NCBI GenBank assembly: GCA_041165285.1
Contig: JBEANV010000543.1
Coordinates: forward strand, 24,908 to 88,907
Length of the DNA: 64,000 bases
Reading direction: 5' to 3'
Source of the DNA: Pseudomonadota bacterium
GTDB taxonomy: Bacteria; Pseudomonadota; Gammaproteobacteria; Burkholderiales; Burkholderiaceae_C
The translations under genes were made by a program, and so were the position numbers. The notes beneath the pieces are model-generated. The model was not told the DNA's origin, searched no databases, and saw only the letters and a program-made list of their open reading frames with translations. Positions 61,219 through 64,000 of the stretch are shown here, piece after piece (the first letter of the stretch is position 1; each line of letters starts with the position of its first letter).

Positions 61219-62031
61219 TCAGGCTCCCATTTCGTCAGATGAATTGCCGTCAGTCATTGCGTGATAGCCTGATATGCCATCTATCGCCCCGCCATCGTGC
61301 AACTGCGCATCAATTTTTTGCCGTGTCCGCTCGATCTCGTGCAGCTTGATCGCGTCCATCGCCCGCGCCCGCTTGAGCACGGCAACAGCCGTAGCCACCG
61401 CATCGTCAAGCTCCCGGAGCTTCACGACGACCGTGGCACCGCCCGGCATGTCCAAAAAAGTTTTTTTGTTCGCCGTGCTGAAGCGGGCCATGGCAGATGA
61501 GATTGACTCCGCTGCAGGGACCAGCGTACCCAGGGCCGCAATCGAGTCCACCGGCCCCAGGGACCGATCAATCACGTCGTGGAACACTGCGGCAATCCCG
61601 GTCAGCGTGTAGTGCATCCGCCGCACGGCTTCTGCTGACCGGCTTCCTCGGGCGTCCACCTCGGGTGAGTCAGTCAACCCCAGCAGGTAATCCCCGCTGA
61701 CGTTGTAGAGCCTCGCTGCGGCACAGAGCGTGTGCGAAGGGATTGGCTTGGTGCCGCGCTCGATCATGGACAACTGGGCGCCGGTTTCGTAGCCCAGGTA
61801 TCCGGCCGCCACCTCTTGCGACAGTCCCCACCCTTTGCGGGCCGCCACCATGCGCTGTCCGACCGTTGCGCGCGATCCCGTGCCGACTTCGACGATGCGC
61901 TTCAGCGCTGCCCGCATGTCACGGTCCTGACGGTCGCTGGCGAAGATGGATGTGTCGCTGCTGAAAATCTTCCCCGTGTCCTTCGGTGGACGCCCGCGGC
62001 GGGACGCCTTTGGCTTGATGGCGTCGGTCAT
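61219..62031 (-). CDS. XRE-family HTH transcriptional regulator
   Basis: GQRM..AR...GLSQ..AA..LG......LS.IERG...YNVS.DYLLGLTD. Confidence 0.8.
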   Translation of the reverse strand: MTDAIKPKASRRGRPPKDTGKIFSSDTSIFASDRQDRDMRAALKRIVEVGTGSRATVGQRMVAARKGWGLSQEVAAGYLGYETGAQLSMIERGTKPIPSHTLCAAARLYNVSGDYLLGLTDSPEVDARGSRSAEAVRRMHYTLTGIAAVFHDVIDRSLGPVDSIAALGTLVPAAESISSAMARFSTANKKTFLDMPGGATVVVKLRELDDAVATAVAVLKRARAMDAIKLHEIERTRQKIDAQLHDGGAIDGISGYHAMTDGNSSDEMGA

Positions 62032-62339
62032 GCACCCCCCCGGCCGACAAGGCGGATCACCACTGAGCTGGGTGCAGCATCCTCCGAGTAGTCGCGCTCA
62101 ACCGCCACAACCCCAGCCAGCACCAGCACAGCCACTTCCGAGCGCAACGCTACGGCAACGCTGCTGTGATCCCAGTGCAGCGATGGCGTGGCCGCATTCA
62201 GCACGCCCAGCAGGCCGGCCAGCAGCTCCACAGACCGCATGGGCCGCCCGTGCGCCAGGACACCCAGCACCTCCACCCTCAGCCCGCCCCATGGCGGCGC
62301 GTCGATCTTGTCGTCCATCGGTTTTGCTCTTGTTGTCAT
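62028..62339 (-). CDS. Hypothetical protein (winged-helix-like)
   Basis: ATGA overlap with the XRE gene; start uncertain. Confidence 0.35.
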   Translation of the reverse strand: MTTRAKPMDDKIDAPPWGGLRVEVLGVLAHGRPMRSVELLAGLLGVLNAATPSLHWDHSSVAVALRSEVAVLVLAGVVAVERDYSEDAAPSSVVIRLVGRGGA

Positions 62340-62514
62340 CAATCGTCCCGATGCGCCGTGGCGCACGGGGGCTTTTCTTCCGAGATCGCGCGGGTGTCGG
62401 CGGGATCGACCAACTTGCGAGCCTGCCCGCCCCCCTGCGCAAAATTTCTTTGCGACTCACGCACGCTCAGGCACCGCAGCCACAGCGCGTAAAAAGTTTT
62501 TTCGCTTGCCGCCG

Positions 62515-62757
62515 TCATTGCGTTCCAGCCTCTTCGCTGATGCGCGGCCGAAGCGCAACACAGGACAGGATCCGGGCATCAGTACCGAAGGCGTAGCAGG
62601 CCACGCCGTCCGAGTCGGGGCCGTAGACCCTGCCCATGTGGCGCCAGTGCTTGGCAGTCCGCGCGGCTTGTCGCTCCTCTTGCGTGAGGGTTGTCTGGAT
62701 AGGTGACACGTACACGGCAGCGAAGGCGATGACTGCGAGAAAAACGAGGTATGGCAT
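62515..62757 (-). CDS. Small membrane-anchored protein
   Basis: Hydrophobic N-terminus. Confidence 0.45.
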   Translation of the reverse strand: MPYLVFLAVIAFAAVYVSPIQTTLTQEERQAARTAKHWRHMGRVYGPDSDGVACYAFGTDARILSCVALRPRISEEAGTQ

Positions 62758-62759
62758 TC

Positions 62760-63149
62760 CTACGCCTTCAGTCCGAGCAACTGGCGGATCTCCGCGATCT
62801 TCTCCAGCGTCATGTCTGCAGGCCGACCCGCATACGAGGTGTCACGATTCAGGCGGGTCCACGCGCGCTCAAGCTCTACAAAATCGGTGTGCTCGCGCAC
62901 CGTGCGGTAGCACCGGCCATAGCAGTGTTCGCTCCCAGCTTCACCAACCTGCATCTCGGGGTCACGCAAAGCGAACCGCAGCGCAGCCGATGATCCCGAT
63001 ACCGTCACCCACAGCCGGCCGACCTTGGAGATGGTCACCACCTCAGGGGTTTTGTGGAAGCCTCGCCGGACAAACTGCAGCTTCTGCCCGACTTCAAACG
63101 GTTCAGGCGCAGTAGGCGACACGGATTTTTCAGGTGAAGGGTTCGTCAT
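62760..63149 (-). CDS. Hypothetical small beta-barrel-like phage protein
   Basis: VGQKL...V.ISKVGRLW.TV; start overlaps the upstream stop. Confidence 0.5.
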   Translation of the reverse strand: MTNPSPEKSVSPTAPEPFEVGQKLQFVRRGFHKTPEVVTISKVGRLWVTVSGSSAALRFALRDPEMQVGEAGSEHCYGRCYRTVREHTDFVELERAWTRLNRDTSYAGRPADMTLEKIAEIRQLLGLKA

Positions 63150-63481
63150 CTTGCGTTTCCTCGTTGCGCCCATTCACCGAGTTCGACCATTACGGTCAGC
63201 CGGCGAAGGGTCTCGTTGATCAGTTGCATCTCGCTGGCACCCAGCGCACGGGCGAAGGCCCGCGATCCTTTGCCGTGGATGCCATCGGCGCCCTGGTGGC
63301 ACGGGCCACAGAGCGGCATCCCCAGGAAGTTCCCGGCCTTCTGCGCGCCGCCCACGTCAGCTTCGGCCGCGCGGGTGTGGTGGTACTCCGTGGCGGGCGT
63401 GTTGTGCCCGCGGTGGAAGCACACGGCGCACGACAAGCGCATCACATTGCCGATGTAGGCGGACTCGATCCGGTCCATCAC
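63146..63481 (-). CDS. Ref-like HNH/Zn nuclease (P1 Ref / DUF968-type)
   Basis: CAVC......EYHH......PLCGPCHQG..GIH. Confidence 0.7.
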   Translation of the reverse strand: MMDRIESAYIGNVMRLSCAVCFHRGHNTPATEYHHTRAAEADVGGAQKAGNFLGMPLCGPCHQGADGIHGKGSRAFARALGASEMQLINETLRRLTVMVELGEWAQRGNAR

Positions 63482-63638
63482 GCCAGATCCCGGCGCTTCA
63501 CGTCACCGCAGTGCTCGCACTGCAGGATCACGCGCTTGGACTTCGCCCCGCCTGCCGCGTGAATGCTGCGAATCTCGACGATGGTCCATTTGTGGCGGCA
63601 GAGCCGGCCCACGATCAGGCTCCAGATGCGCGCCAGCA

Positions 63639-63953
63639 TCACGCCCCCGCTCTGAGCATCTTGGCCACAGCGTGCCCGGCATAGGTGCAGGCGTTGTGGC
63701 CATCTTCGCCCTGGACAACGATCTTCACGGCAAGCCCGACAGACAACAGCGCGTTCCGCCCCGTCTTGCTGGGAAGATCGCCATCACACAGCGGTCCACG
63801 CTGCTGCAGCGCCGTGAGCGTGTCGCGCTCGGCCGGACTCAGGCGGAATGCCTTGCCAAGCAGGTGCAAGCCCTCATCAATCTCTTCAGCCGAAGACGTG
63901 CCGGTGTGGACGCCGGCCGCGGCCAGCAGTTCCTTGATTTCGACGGCCATCAC
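63639..63953 (-). CDS. Hypothetical protein
   Basis: L...GPL.DGDLPSK.GR..L motif. Confidence 0.5.
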   Translation of the reverse strand: MMAVEIKELLAAAGVHTGTSSAEEIDEGLHLLGKAFRLSPAERDTLTALQQRGPLCDGDLPSKTGRNALLSVGLAVKIVVQGEDGHNACTYAGHAVAKMLRAGA

Positions 63954-64000
63954 GCACCGCCCGACTGCAGTATCGGCACAGTGATCGTGTGCGCCGTCTC

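Overview
The whole 64 kb window is part of one large temperate, contractile-tailed phage of high GC content. Its virion genes follow the layout of coliphage P1; the host is probably a proteobacterium, possibly a betaproteobacterium (inferred from GC and the tRNA-Pro att fragment). No host housekeeping genes, rRNA or CRISPR array were seen. From left to right it contains: two convergent, paralogous beta-propeller tail-fibre genes; baseplate, tail and prohead-protease genes; an SGNH-esterase tail spike; a P1 immI-like cassette (lipoprotein, C4-like antisense RNA, Rha/ANT antirepressor); an M15 endolysin and holin-like genes; tail sheath and major capsid; an 11 kb operon of three giant DarA/DdrB-like polyvalent head-cargo proteins; an early-gene run (DUF4406, MazG-like, RdgC-FtsK-gamma, Zn fingers); terminase subunits; xis, an attP-type tRNA-Pro 3' half and a tyrosine integrase; a BRO protein behind a second C4-like RNA; and further early genes including a Ref-like nuclease. 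The most notable signals read directly from the DNA are (1) a fixed-spacing late promoter, GGAAAA-N30-(-10 box), often giving apparently leaderless mRNAs, (2) two C4/CI-type antisense RNA locks with different loop specificities, (3) a dispersed GCATAA operator family, and (4) a reshuffled, expanded Dar-like cargo operon. All protein family calls come from motif recognition by eye and have not been checked against a database.
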